Below, piece by piece: positions 19,744 to 28,102 of a DNA stretch of 64,000 bases. Numbering within the stretch: the stretch's first letter is position 1; the number at the start of each line of letters is the position of its first letter. The DNA comes from a virus, in the IMG/VR virus record IMGVR_UViG_3300027659_000027, positions 1-64,000 of that record; one strand, written 5' to 3'. A program made the translations under genes and the position numbers. The notes below the pieces were generated by a model. The model saw nothing but the letters and a program-made list of their open reading frames with translations. It did no database searches and was not told the origin of the DNA.

Positions 19744-20067
19744 TTAATGACGTTGTTTAACGAGCAGCTCTTTCACCTCCTCGAGTATCTCCAGGCACTT
19801 TACATTTATCTCCATACTACGCCTGTACTCCCCGGTGATGAACTCTACATGCTTTTCTTGTTGCTTCTCTTGCTCTAACTGCTGGGCATCTACTTTTGCG
19901 TTTAGCCCGGATATTAATAGCTTTGTTTCGCTGTTTGACTCAGACCTCTGTTTTTCCATATAATAGATCACGCCAAGTAGTATTACTGCAATTAAGCCCA
20001 ACAAACCGTAGTCTAATAACTTCGTAGTAGCTGTAACTGCAGGGGTTGGCACTTGTAAGTAAATCAT
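19744..20067 (-). CDS. Single-TM coiled-coil protein (BhlA-like holin/antiholin candidate)
   Basis: DYGLLGLIAVILLGVIYY TM helix followed by coiled coil. Confidence 0.6.
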   Translation of the reverse strand: MIYLQVPTPAVTATTKLLDYGLLGLIAVILLGVIYYMEKQRSESNSETKLLISGLNAKVDAQQLEQEKQQEKHVEFITGEYRRSMEINVKCLEILEEVKELLVKQRH

Positions 20068-20093
20068 AGTTGTGTGAGTTTAATGGTTACTAA

Positions 20094-20525
20094 TTAGTTC
20101 GCTGATCTTCTCAACCTTGTCCGGCCAAAAATTCGCATTGATTGAAATGTTGATTGGTCTGCCGTGTCAAAGTCATCAAGTTTTGCAGTTAAATAAGGCT
20201 GATTAACTGCTCGTAATATATCAGCAACCCTTTTATAACATAATGCTTTTAAAGCAGTTGCGTCATTACTCAAACGCATTATAACAGTTACAAAGTCAGA
20301 TGTATAACCAGTAATAGATACAGTAGTAGTACCTGTGGGCGGGTTAGCCACTCTGAATTTAACTTTCAGAGAATCGTACAAATCCTCGGTGCTGTTGTCA
20401 TTAAAGATGAATGAGCCGATGTACTCCAAATCTCTTGCTTGTACATTGACGCTTACTTTAACTGAGTCCTGTGCTGATAGCCCAAGACTTAACATAATCA
20501 ATAGAACTGTGATTGCTTTTTTCAT
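20094..20525 (-). CDS. Secreted hypothetical protein (Sec signal peptide)
   Basis: MKKAITVLLIMLSLGLSA|QDS. Confidence 0.75.
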   Translation of the reverse strand: MKKAITVLLIMLSLGLSAQDSVKVSVNVQARDLEYIGSFIFNDNSTEDLYDSLKVKFRVANPPTGTTTVSITGYTSDFVTVIMRLSNDATALKALCYKRVADILRAVNQPYLTAKLDDFDTADQSTFQSMRIFGRTRLRRSAN

Positions 20526-20545
20526 CTGTTTGTGTTTTATGGTTA

Positions 20546-21217
20546 TTAAAATGAGACTCCTTTGTAAAATGTCAAGTTCCCCGAGAATGTAATAACCGGG
20601 TTGTTGGCTGTTGTACTTGCTGCTGCCGTTATATCCGTTGCACTGCTTGTGCCAAAAGATATAGTTCCGTTCCTTGCTGTTGTACCTGCTGTTCTTCCTA
20701 TACCTATTTCAATACATAACCTATCACCGTTGGCACAAGTGTAAGATGTAAGTGCTGCTGCGTTTAAAATTTGATAACTTGTAAGCGTGGTAGTTAAGTT
20801 ACTTGCACCTGCTGTTAATGCTCTAAGCGTTGCCACTACCGCACCTGTCCTGCTTATTACTGTTATCTTAACCCTGCTTTGCACTGTTGCGCCTGTTGCG
20901 TTGGCTATACTCATACGGGCATAGCCAGTAACTGTACCCGATATGGTTTGAGCCTCTAATGCAGGCGAAATAAACTGACCAAAACAAGTCGTTGCTGTTG
21001 CACTTGTAGCATCAACAGCAAGCGTTGTACTTCCAACAGTTGTTGATTGCTTAAAACCTGTTGCATAAGTAGGCTCAAATATCGCACTCGCTGTATTAGT
21101 CCATGTACTAAATGTGCCTATCTGACCATACGGTGTACCTGATGATTCAAACCGCATAATAGTTTGAGCCTGTACATAGCAGGGCAGTAATAGTAATATC
21201 GTTATAAGTTTATTCAT
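20546..21217 (-). CDS. Secreted beta-sandwich, fibre-tip-like protein (Sec signal peptide)
   Basis: MNKLITILLLLPCYVQA|QTI; Thr/Ala/Gly-rich beta strands. Confidence 0.75.
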   Translation of the reverse strand: MNKLITILLLLPCYVQAQTIMRFESSGTPYGQIGTFSTWTNTASAIFEPTYATGFKQSTTVGSTTLAVDATSATATTCFGQFISPALEAQTISGTVTGYARMSIANATGATVQSRVKITVISRTGAVVATLRALTAGASNLTTTLTSYQILNAAALTSYTCANGDRLCIEIGIGRTAGTTARNGTISFGTSSATDITAAASTTANNPVITFSGNLTFYKGVSF

Positions 21218-21223
21218 AATTGA

Positions 21224-24200
21224 TTAATAATATCCTGTTATTCTCCATGCTGCACCATCATAGATAAATTGAACACAAAGCATAGCTGTACCACTTGTTG
21301 TAGTTGGCAATGCAATAGAACTCGCGACAAACGAAGCACCCCAAGTAATTGCTCTACTTGCTGTTCCGGTCACACATATCAATAGGCTTTGTCCTTCTGT
21401 TGGTGTACCTGATAAGTTTGTTGTGAACGAAGTAATATCTACCGTTTGTGCGGTAAGCGAATATTTGTTTACATTATCAGTATTGATGGTTGGTGTTGCA
21501 GAACTTGTTGTTGTACCTGTACGCATGGTTATGCGCTTGTTGGTAAAGGTTGTTGTTGATGAAGCTGTTGGTACTGGTACCCCTCCTATTGTAATACTTG
21601 TTGCGAAATCAGGAGAAGTTGCCCCGTCAAATAGTAATACACCAGTTCCATTCTCATCAGTTACCGCTGACCGCAAGTTTGCACTTGATGGAGTGGCTAA
21701 GAATGTACCTACATTTGCTGCCGGAGTAATACCTGCCCATGTTGTAAGGTCTGCATCATAAGCCTGTACGTTAGTTCCAATAACCAATCCTAAATCAGTT
21801 CTAACATTTGCTGGGCTTCTATTAATCCAGTCCGTGCCGTTCCATTTTAGCATATCCTCCGTAGTAATTGATGTCAAGTCAACGTCTGTTAACGCAGCGA
21901 AGGTAGTTGCACCTCCACCTGTTGAGGCAATAGTTACTACTCCATTTGCACCTGTTCCTGTTGTGGTTAATGTAATATTGCTACCTTCCACTAATTGTAC
22001 TGATGTACCTCCGGTTAATGTAACAGTATGGCTTGTTGCATCATTGGTATTCGCTAATGAACCTCCGCCTGATATGTTATCCCTTGCCCACTCCCTTGTG
22101 GCTATTGTGTCCCGATTTGAAGTGGATGAATCCACGAACAATAACCCGTCTTTAAAATTAAGTAACCCAGTTTCTGGGGTAGTTGGTAGAACGCTATTGG
22201 TAAACTTTAGCTGTCCTGTACCTGCTGTCGCTGTCGCTGCCCCTATATGCAATTTTGCTGTGGGTGATAAAGTATTAAAAACCCCAACATTGCCATTTGA
22301 TTGCTTTAGAAATAGGGGAACATTCCCTCCTGATTGTTGTATAGTAAAGTCTCCTGACTCACCATATAATTGAGTTACATACCCAAGAGGGTTTTCTAAA
22401 TATAATGTAGCCCTTGTACTTGATGAAGTAATACTGATTCGTGGGTTAGTACCTGAAACGCTAATACCTGTCCCACTTCCTGCGCTATTAATGGAAAGAG
22501 CGTTATTATTCTTATCCCATGTAAGCCCTGCATCTTCTTCATATACGCCTCCATCATTAAACGGAATTCTTGTACTCGTTCCTGATGTTATTGCCGTAGT
22601 TCCAACAGTTATGCCTGATGAGCCACCACCTACTGAATCCTTAAGTCCATATAACACCCCGCCTTTTCTGTACCAAAAGCTATCAACGCCGGGTGTGCGA
22701 ATAATGTCGGTAACAAACGCACCTGTGGTGTCTGATGTATAGGCAATCGTTCCTGTTGCAGCTTGTAGTGTAGCGGTGTAATTAGATGCACCTGCATTTG
22801 CTGTTGAAATAGTTGTAACCCCTGTTGAAGTTCCTTTCATTGCAAGTTTATCTTTATCAAATGTTTTCAACCCTGTTACAGTTTGAACATTTGCCAATAC
22901 CATGTCACCACTACCGCCACTTTGCTGGTCTAACTGGTATCTTGTACTTCCAATAGTACCATAAAAGTGCGTGCCGTCAAATTCCATTGCCCCCGCTTCG
23001 GGAGTAGTAAGGTTTGTTCCGGCTGTAAATTTCAAAGGTGATGTGTTAGCTGTTGCGGAGCCAGCTGCTATGTGTAAGTTGGCGGTGGCATAAGTAGTAC
23101 CACCTAAGAACATCTTACCCTCTTTGTTAATAGATCCCAAATTACTTCCTGTTCCATTAGTCCAACTTAAAATATTTGATGTTGCACCAGTTAGTGTAGT
23201 GCTGGTTTGGAATTTATGGGCAGTATAATTGTTACCGCCATCAGTACCAAATTGGTAAGTCATTCCTGTGGCTCCGTTCATGTTAATACTATTAGCGGAA
23301 AAAGTGGTACCTGTGATAGTTCCTGTTGTTGTTGCACCAGTAACTCGCAACCCACCAAGTGCTCGAAGCGCTGGGCTTACATCATATACTGAACTATTGA
23401 CATTGTAATTAACAACTGGACTGCCAAATTTATTTAGGTATGTGAAATCCCCAGCTGCTATATGTGTAAACAGATTAAAACTGCCAAAACCAGCATCAGC
23501 CTTAGTCTGAGATACTACTGTTGATCCATCTTGCAAGCCAGCATTAATAATTACTTGCTTACCTAAAGTAAGTATTTTCGTAGCCGAATCAAATCTCAGG
23601 CTTGAATCTTGCTGTAAACTATTACTTGCATTTTTAAACAATAGTCCATTTGTTATACCCTGATTTATTGTAGTAGTGCCTACGGTTATGCCGTCAGTTG
23701 TGTACGCTAATGTCTTTCTTGTTCCTCCGCTACCTGTATAGTATAAAGTATCTGCAAGTACTTCTATTGCTCCTGCTTCGGGTGTAGTTAGCAACGCTGC
23801 ACCAGATGTTGTGAACTTCAAAGGTGCTGTACCGGCTGCGGCTGTGCCAGCTTTTAAATGTAGTACTGCTGTTGGCGATGTAGTACCTATTCCCATACCC
23901 GTAGATTTTATATTCACTATGGTTGATGTACCGGTAACTCCTAATTGAAGAGTATTACTTGCTTCAATGCTACCGGTATTGGAACTTGTTGTTCTTGCGG
24001 ATAAGTAAGCACCTGAAATATTGTTATGAATATATAATTGCCCAAAATTATTGCCTGATGTGTTTTCTTGAATAGTCAATCTTGGATAAGTGCCGTCTAA
24101 AAAAATACCATCGCTTGTGGTTGAGTTACGAATCGATAAAGGGTTAGACGGCGTTGCCGTTCCAATCCCCAACCTCTTATTCGTACTGTCATAAAAGAAA

Positions 24201-26599
24201 TCACTATTTTTCTGCTGCAATGTTCCACCCGTACCTGCAAATAATACACTACCTGCCGTTGCTGATGTAATTGCTGTACCAATAGCTAACGAACCTCCCC
24301 CCGTTGCCGTATCTGCATAACTTACTAATCCCGATGTAGGATTGTATCGGAGTGCTTTTGTACCGGGTGCGGAGGTTAGGGTATCGATTTTGAGTGAGCC
24401 TGCATTTGGACTTAACGTTATTGAAGGCTGTGTTAACGTTATTTCTGAACCATTTGTCGTGCCGGTATTAACTGTCGTTAAAAATATATTAGCAGACGAC
24501 GCCTCAATTTTAGCCTCAACACCACTTGATACATCAACAATAGACGTTCCACCTGTTGAAGTTTGTGACCATATATCAAAATTATTCCAATTTATAATAT
24601 TTGTACCACCTTCTATTATGTTACTCCCCGTCAACGTACTACCTGCCGTTAACACTTGCTGCAATGTGGGGGTAGCACCACTTCCTGTGGTTGTGTCGGC
24701 AACACTTAAATTACCGCTTGCATCAATACGAACTGCTTTAGTACCAACGGCGGTGGGTAGGTAAGGCATTATTACTTTACTGTTTAAATATAGCCTTTGA
24801 TTTGCTGCTGTGGCATCTTGTGCGCCGTAGATTATAGAAGCGGTTGTGTCTGCTCCCGCACTACCTCTTTGGATTGAATTTATAAACAAGCTATAAGGGT
24901 TCATTGTTACGGTGTTAAATGCAGCCCTGTATCCTAAAGCTATCCCACCTACCGCTGTTGTTGCATTTTGTAGTGCGCCAAATCCGATTGCAGTATTTGA
25001 AGCAACGCCAACACCGCCGTTTAGTAGTGCGCCTGCACCAAAAGACGAATTAGCCGTATTTGTAGCTGAATTATATGTAGATTCGCCATAACTTGTGGTA
25101 CTCGGCCCAATTCTACCTGCGAATACATTATTTCTTTTAAAAACAACATCCTGTGCATCCGTTGTTCCAACAAAGTCCGTTCCTGCCGTTGTACCACTGT
25201 TTCCTGTAAGCGACCATCCGGAGCCGCCTACTGCACCTTCAATAATATTACCACTTGCGTCTACCTGTAAAGAGTATGTGGCTGTTCCTGTAATAGCACC
25301 AGTTCCATAGCCTTGAGCTTTTATCTTTCTGTTCTTGTAAATAGTGAAAGCGTCTGCCGGTGTAGTACCTCCGTCTTGACTTGAGCCAACATTGAATATT
25401 CTGTCGGTAAGGTTGTTTGCTGACGTGTAATTTGTACCCATAAAACCGATAGCCATTTCGTAATCCGCTCTTGAGTTATTATACTTACCAAATACCGAAC
25501 CCGATTCTCCGTAGGCGTTATTTTGGAAGCCTTGTGCAAATGACCGCTGACCAGCGGTATAATTAAGGTAGCCGGTAGCAAAACTATAATTACCCCCTGC
25601 ATTATGCGCCCCGCCAAAGGCTGCTGACCCAACTCCAGTTACAGCTGAAGCCACAGTTGATAAATCTAAACCAGCTGTTGTAAATGTCGAACCCGCATTC
25701 CTGCTAATATTACCGTTGGCATAGAATAGTAGCCTGGTAGTATTATTCGTTTTTATTGCATAGTCGTAGTTATCAATCGTACCAGTCCATTTGCCGTTAG
25801 ACCCAACTGTGTTACCCGTTAACCCCCAACTTGTGTCAGACCTTGCTGCCCATGAAGTAACACCATTACCATCTGTTTGTAGAACTTCATTTGCTGCACC
25901 ACCTGTTGTTGGTAAGGTCATTGTCCATGTACCTGCTGTTGTAGCTGGCTGAACAGTTACTGTCCCACTTGTAGATCCTAATAACTTTAACACACCCCTG
26001 TTATTCCCACTGTAACCACCACCGCCTAATACCAAAGAGCCTTGATATGTGTTAAGCCTAACATCTCCAGCGTATGAATGAATAGCTATATTAGCTGCCG
26101 TACCTTGTGAAGCACTTGCATAAATACCAACATTTGTTGTATTAACGCCTAAGTTATTATTCACAGCCCTAAAAGCTGTAGCAGAACCATTATCCACAGT
26201 AGTTCCCATTGTACTAAGACTAAGTATCCCAGCACCATTTGCCATTGATGGGGCATTACTATTCATAGTTAACCCAACGCCTGTAGATAAAGTATTCCAA
26301 CTCCAAATTTGCCCAAACCCTGCATTATTGATTGTATTTGTTGCTGTTGCTGCTGTAAGTGCCGATATAGGTAAAGAAGAAGTTTTTGGCCAGCTTGTAG
26401 ACTTTCTTAAATTACCTGAACTGTCCAGTAATGCCAGCTTGTACAATGTAGTATCACTAACTGACGCAGTATTTTTCACTCTGAGCTTTCCTTGTACCTC
26501 AACAGTATTTGCTGAGTTACCAATTGACTGGGTTTGCCCCAGTACTGTGGCTGATATAAGTACCATCAGCGTGGCCAATGTTAGTTTTATTGTCTTCAT
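21224..26599 (-). CDS. 1791-aa repetitive fibre/adhesin-like protein with Sec signal peptide
   Basis: MKTIKLTLATLMVLISATVLG|QTQ; Gly/Thr-rich; internal fibre repeats; phage-fibre-type C-terminal domain (TPTINTD...TASRAITWG...FIYDGAAW). Confidence 0.8.
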   Translation of the reverse strand: MKTIKLTLATLMVLISATVLGQTQSIGNSANTVEVQGKLRVKNTASVSDTTLYKLALLDSSGNLRKSTSWPKTSSLPISALTAATATNTINNAGFGQIWSWNTLSTGVGLTMNSNAPSMANGAGILSLSTMGTTVDNGSATAFRAVNNNLGVNTTNVGIYASASQGTAANIAIHSYAGDVRLNTYQGSLVLGGGGYSGNNRGVLKLLGSTSGTVTVQPATTAGTWTMTLPTTGGAANEVLQTDGNGVTSWAARSDTSWGLTGNTVGSNGKWTGTIDNYDYAIKTNNTTRLLFYANGNISRNAGSTFTTAGLDLSTVASAVTGVGSAAFGGAHNAGGNYSFATGYLNYTAGQRSFAQGFQNNAYGESGSVFGKYNNSRADYEMAIGFMGTNYTSANNLTDRIFNVGSSQDGGTTPADAFTIYKNRKIKAQGYGTGAITGTATYSLQVDASGNIIEGAVGGSGWSLTGNSGTTAGTDFVGTTDAQDVVFKRNNVFAGRIGPSTTSYGESTYNSATNTANSSFGAGALLNGGVGVASNTAIGFGALQNATTAVGGIALGYRAAFNTVTMNPYSLFINSIQRGSAGADTTASIIYGAQDATAANQRLYLNSKVIMPYLPTAVGTKAVRIDASGNLSVADTTTGSGATPTLQQVLTAGSTLTGSNIIEGGTNIINWNNFDIWSQTSTGGTSIVDVSSGVEAKIEASSANIFLTTVNTGTTNGSEITLTQPSITLSPNAGSLKIDTLTSAPGTKALRYNPTSGLVSYADTATGGGSLAIGTAITSATAGSVLFAGTGGTLQQKNSDFFYDSTNKRLGIGTATPSNPLSIRNSTTSDGIFLDGTYPRLTIQENTSGNNFGQLYIHNNISGAYLSARTTSSNTGSIEASNTLQLGVTGTSTIVNIKSTGMGIGTTSPTAVLHLKAGTAAAGTAPLKFTTSGAALLTTPEAGAIEVLADTLYYTGSGGTRKTLAYTTDGITVGTTTINQGITNGLLFKNASNSLQQDSSLRFDSATKILTLGKQVIINAGLQDGSTVVSQTKADAGFGSFNLFTHIAAGDFTYLNKFGSPVVNYNVNSSVYDVSPALRALGGLRVTGATTTGTITGTTFSANSINMNGATGMTYQFGTDGGNNYTAHKFQTSTTLTGATSNILSWTNGTGSNLGSINKEGKMFLGGTTYATANLHIAAGSATANTSPLKFTAGTNLTTPEAGAMEFDGTHFYGTIGSTRYQLDQQSGGSGDMVLANVQTVTGLKTFDKDKLAMKGTSTGVTTISTANAGASNYTATLQAATGTIAYTSDTTGAFVTDIIRTPGVDSFWYRKGGVLYGLKDSVGGGSSGITVGTTAITSGTSTRIPFNDGGVYEEDAGLTWDKNNNALSINSAGSGTGISVSGTNPRISITSSSTRATLYLENPLGYVTQLYGESGDFTIQQSGGNVPLFLKQSNGNVGVFNTLSPTAKLHIGAATATAGTGQLKFTNSVLPTTPETGLLNFKDGLLFVDSSTSNRDTIATREWARDNISGGGSLANTNDATSHTVTLTGGTSVQLVEGSNITLTTTGTGANGVVTIASTGGGATTFAALTDVDLTSITTEDMLKWNGTDWINRSPANVRTDLGLVIGTNVQAYDADLTTWAGITPAANVGTFLATPSSANLRSAVTDENGTGVLLFDGATSPDFATSITIGGVPVPTASSTTTFTNKRITMRTGTTTSSATPTINTDNVNKYSLTAQTVDITSFTTNLSGTPTEGQSLLICVTGTASRAITWGASFVASSIALPTTTSGTAMLCVQFIYDGAAWRITGYY
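22150..23880 (-). repeat. Three protein-level repeats TAxLH(L/I)xA..TA...LKFT....TTPExG within the fibre (approximate bounds)
   Basis: TAVLHLKAGTAAAGTAPLKFT..TTPEAG; TANLHIAAGSATANTSPLKFT..TTPEAG; TAKLHIGAATATAGTGQLKFT..TTPETG. Confidence 0.8.
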
Positions 26600-27198
26600 T
26601 ATAAGGGTATGGTTGTGATTTTTATGTACTCTCCTTCCACCAGTGGGTGAGAAAAGGTAACGGATGTGGATGATAATACTTTTGTGTAATAGTACTGGTC
26701 CCCTGGCATGACTATACCGGGTAATGGTAATACCCCTCGTATAACTTCTACCCTTACTCCGGTAAACTTTATGTGGCTTATAGAGGTCAACCCAGCCTGT
26801 CCGGCGCTTACGTTGAACTCGAGTATGAATGTTGGTGAGCTTGTGTTTACTATTGCACCTGATACCTCTTCAGTACCGCCTGGTATGTATTGGCCCTCAA
26901 GTTTGTAGTCGCAACATTCCTGCTGCAGCTCCTCTATCTTACCAATGATGGCTATGTATTCCTGCTCCGTCATTGTACAAGTACAATCATCAGGGCACCA
27001 AGAGTCGGCAGCGTACATGAATAAGTACAAGCAGATCATGCGCTGGTAATCTTTCTTCCCGTTTACGCATGAGCTTAATGGGGAAGAGTACAAGTTCCTT
27101 AGGGCATTCTCAATTGCCAAACCGGCGAGTGTTAACCCGCCAGCGTGTAGTGCTTGTGCTGATTCCTCAGCGGTAACTGATGGATTCACGATTAGCAT
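26599..27198 (-). CDS. Cys-rich tail hub/fibre adaptor candidate
   Basis: Helical Cys-rich N-half (WCPDDCTC, ECCD), small beta C-domain; TAATG coupling to the fibre gene. Confidence 0.55.
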   Translation of the reverse strand: MLIVNPSVTAEESAQALHAGGLTLAGLAIENALRNLYSSPLSSCVNGKKDYQRMICLYLFMYAADSWCPDDCTCTMTEQEYIAIIGKIEELQQECCDYKLEGQYIPGGTEEVSGAIVNTSSPTFILEFNVSAGQAGLTSISHIKFTGVRVEVIRGVLPLPGIVMPGDQYYYTKVLSSTSVTFSHPLVEGEYIKITTIPL

Positions 27199-27989
27199 GT
27201 GGTACAGGGTTTAAGGGTTCCTATAGTCTTGGCAAGTAACACTGAGGCGTTGTGGGCCTTGGCGTAGTTGCCACAACTGAATGCAACCTGTGCAGCCAGC
27301 TTGAGAAGTATTCGGTCAATAAGGTCTTTGGAGTTGTTGGAATCACATCCACACTCAGAGAGTGCCATGTTTGACAGGTCTTTGATGATGCCGCCTTCGC
27401 CACCATTTACTACCAGTAATCTCAATACGGCTGAGTAGTACTTGGTGCACACATCTCCAGCTTCTAAATCAACCGAGAACGCCTCGTACAATTCGATGGT
27501 GTTCGTAAGCACGTCGATGCTCTTTATCTGGCGGATTTCATCAGGGGCATTTACATTCCTCAGGTGAGTTACGTTTGCGAATTCGTCAACGAACAGAGGT
27601 ACATCCCCAACGCTTATGCGAAAAAAGTTGCAGGTTACTTTTAGCCCATCAGTACTGGGTACAGTTGCCCAGGCCGCAGTAATGTCTCCGTCTACCAAGC
27701 TGAGTTCAGTACCATATAAGGCCTTGATACTCGTTACACCATCCCTCAGGTAGTAGCCGACAGTTAGACCATCTATTATGTTACCAGTGTACAGAACCCT
27801 TGCAGCTCTTAAGTACTCCTCTCCATAATACTGGGTTTCAACTACAGTGTCAATTATTGCAGCGTCATCAACGGGGCCTCCTATCAACCCGTAGGTTATA
27901 GAGGAATCCTTTATGGTAAAGTTAGCCGAGGATCTTGGTACTACTGTTATCTGAAACTTGGGGGAGAAATGCGGGTCTTCTGCGGCCAT
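27192..27989 (-). CDS. Tail hub-like structural protein with Cys-rich C-terminus
   Basis: ECGCD...FSCG...KPCTTC; first gene after the vRNAP. Confidence 0.55.
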   Translation of the reverse strand: MAAEDPHFSPKFQITVVPRSSANFTIKDSSITYGLIGGPVDDAAIIDTVVETQYYGEEYLRAARVLYTGNIIDGLTVGYYLRDGVTSIKALYGTELSLVDGDITAAWATVPSTDGLKVTCNFFRISVGDVPLFVDEFANVTHLRNVNAPDEIRQIKSIDVLTNTIELYEAFSVDLEAGDVCTKYYSAVLRLLVVNGGEGGIIKDLSNMALSECGCDSNNSKDLIDRILLKLAAQVAFSCGNYAKAHNASVLLAKTIGTLKPCTTC

Positions 27990-27991
27990 AG

Positions 27992-28076
27992 GTAGTGGAT
28001 TTTAGTCTCGGCGAAGGTACCTCATCCACTACGTAAGAGCCCAGCTGAGAGGGCTTTTGGAACCATCCGCTGGGCT
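27992..28076 (-). promoter_or_regulatory. Structured leader: two inverted repeats with a TACCTTCG -7-like element inside the proximal loop
   Basis: GTAGTGGAT(27992-28000)/ATCCACTAC(28024-28032); AGCCCAGC(28038-28045)/GCTGGGCT(28069-28076); CGAAGGTA at 28012-28019 reads TACCTTCG on the - strand. Confidence 0.55.
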
Positions 28077-28102
28077 GCTTTACTACTATAGAGTTATCGA
28101 CC

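Noticed and set aside
21224-26599. Diversity-generating retroelement target in the fibre
   Set aside because: No reverse transcriptase in the window and no adenine-variant TR/VR pair seen; repeats are diverged at protein level
27990-28102. Hammerhead ribozyme or tRNA in the intergenic region
   Set aside because: No CUGAnGA/GAAA core in the right arrangement and no cloverleaf
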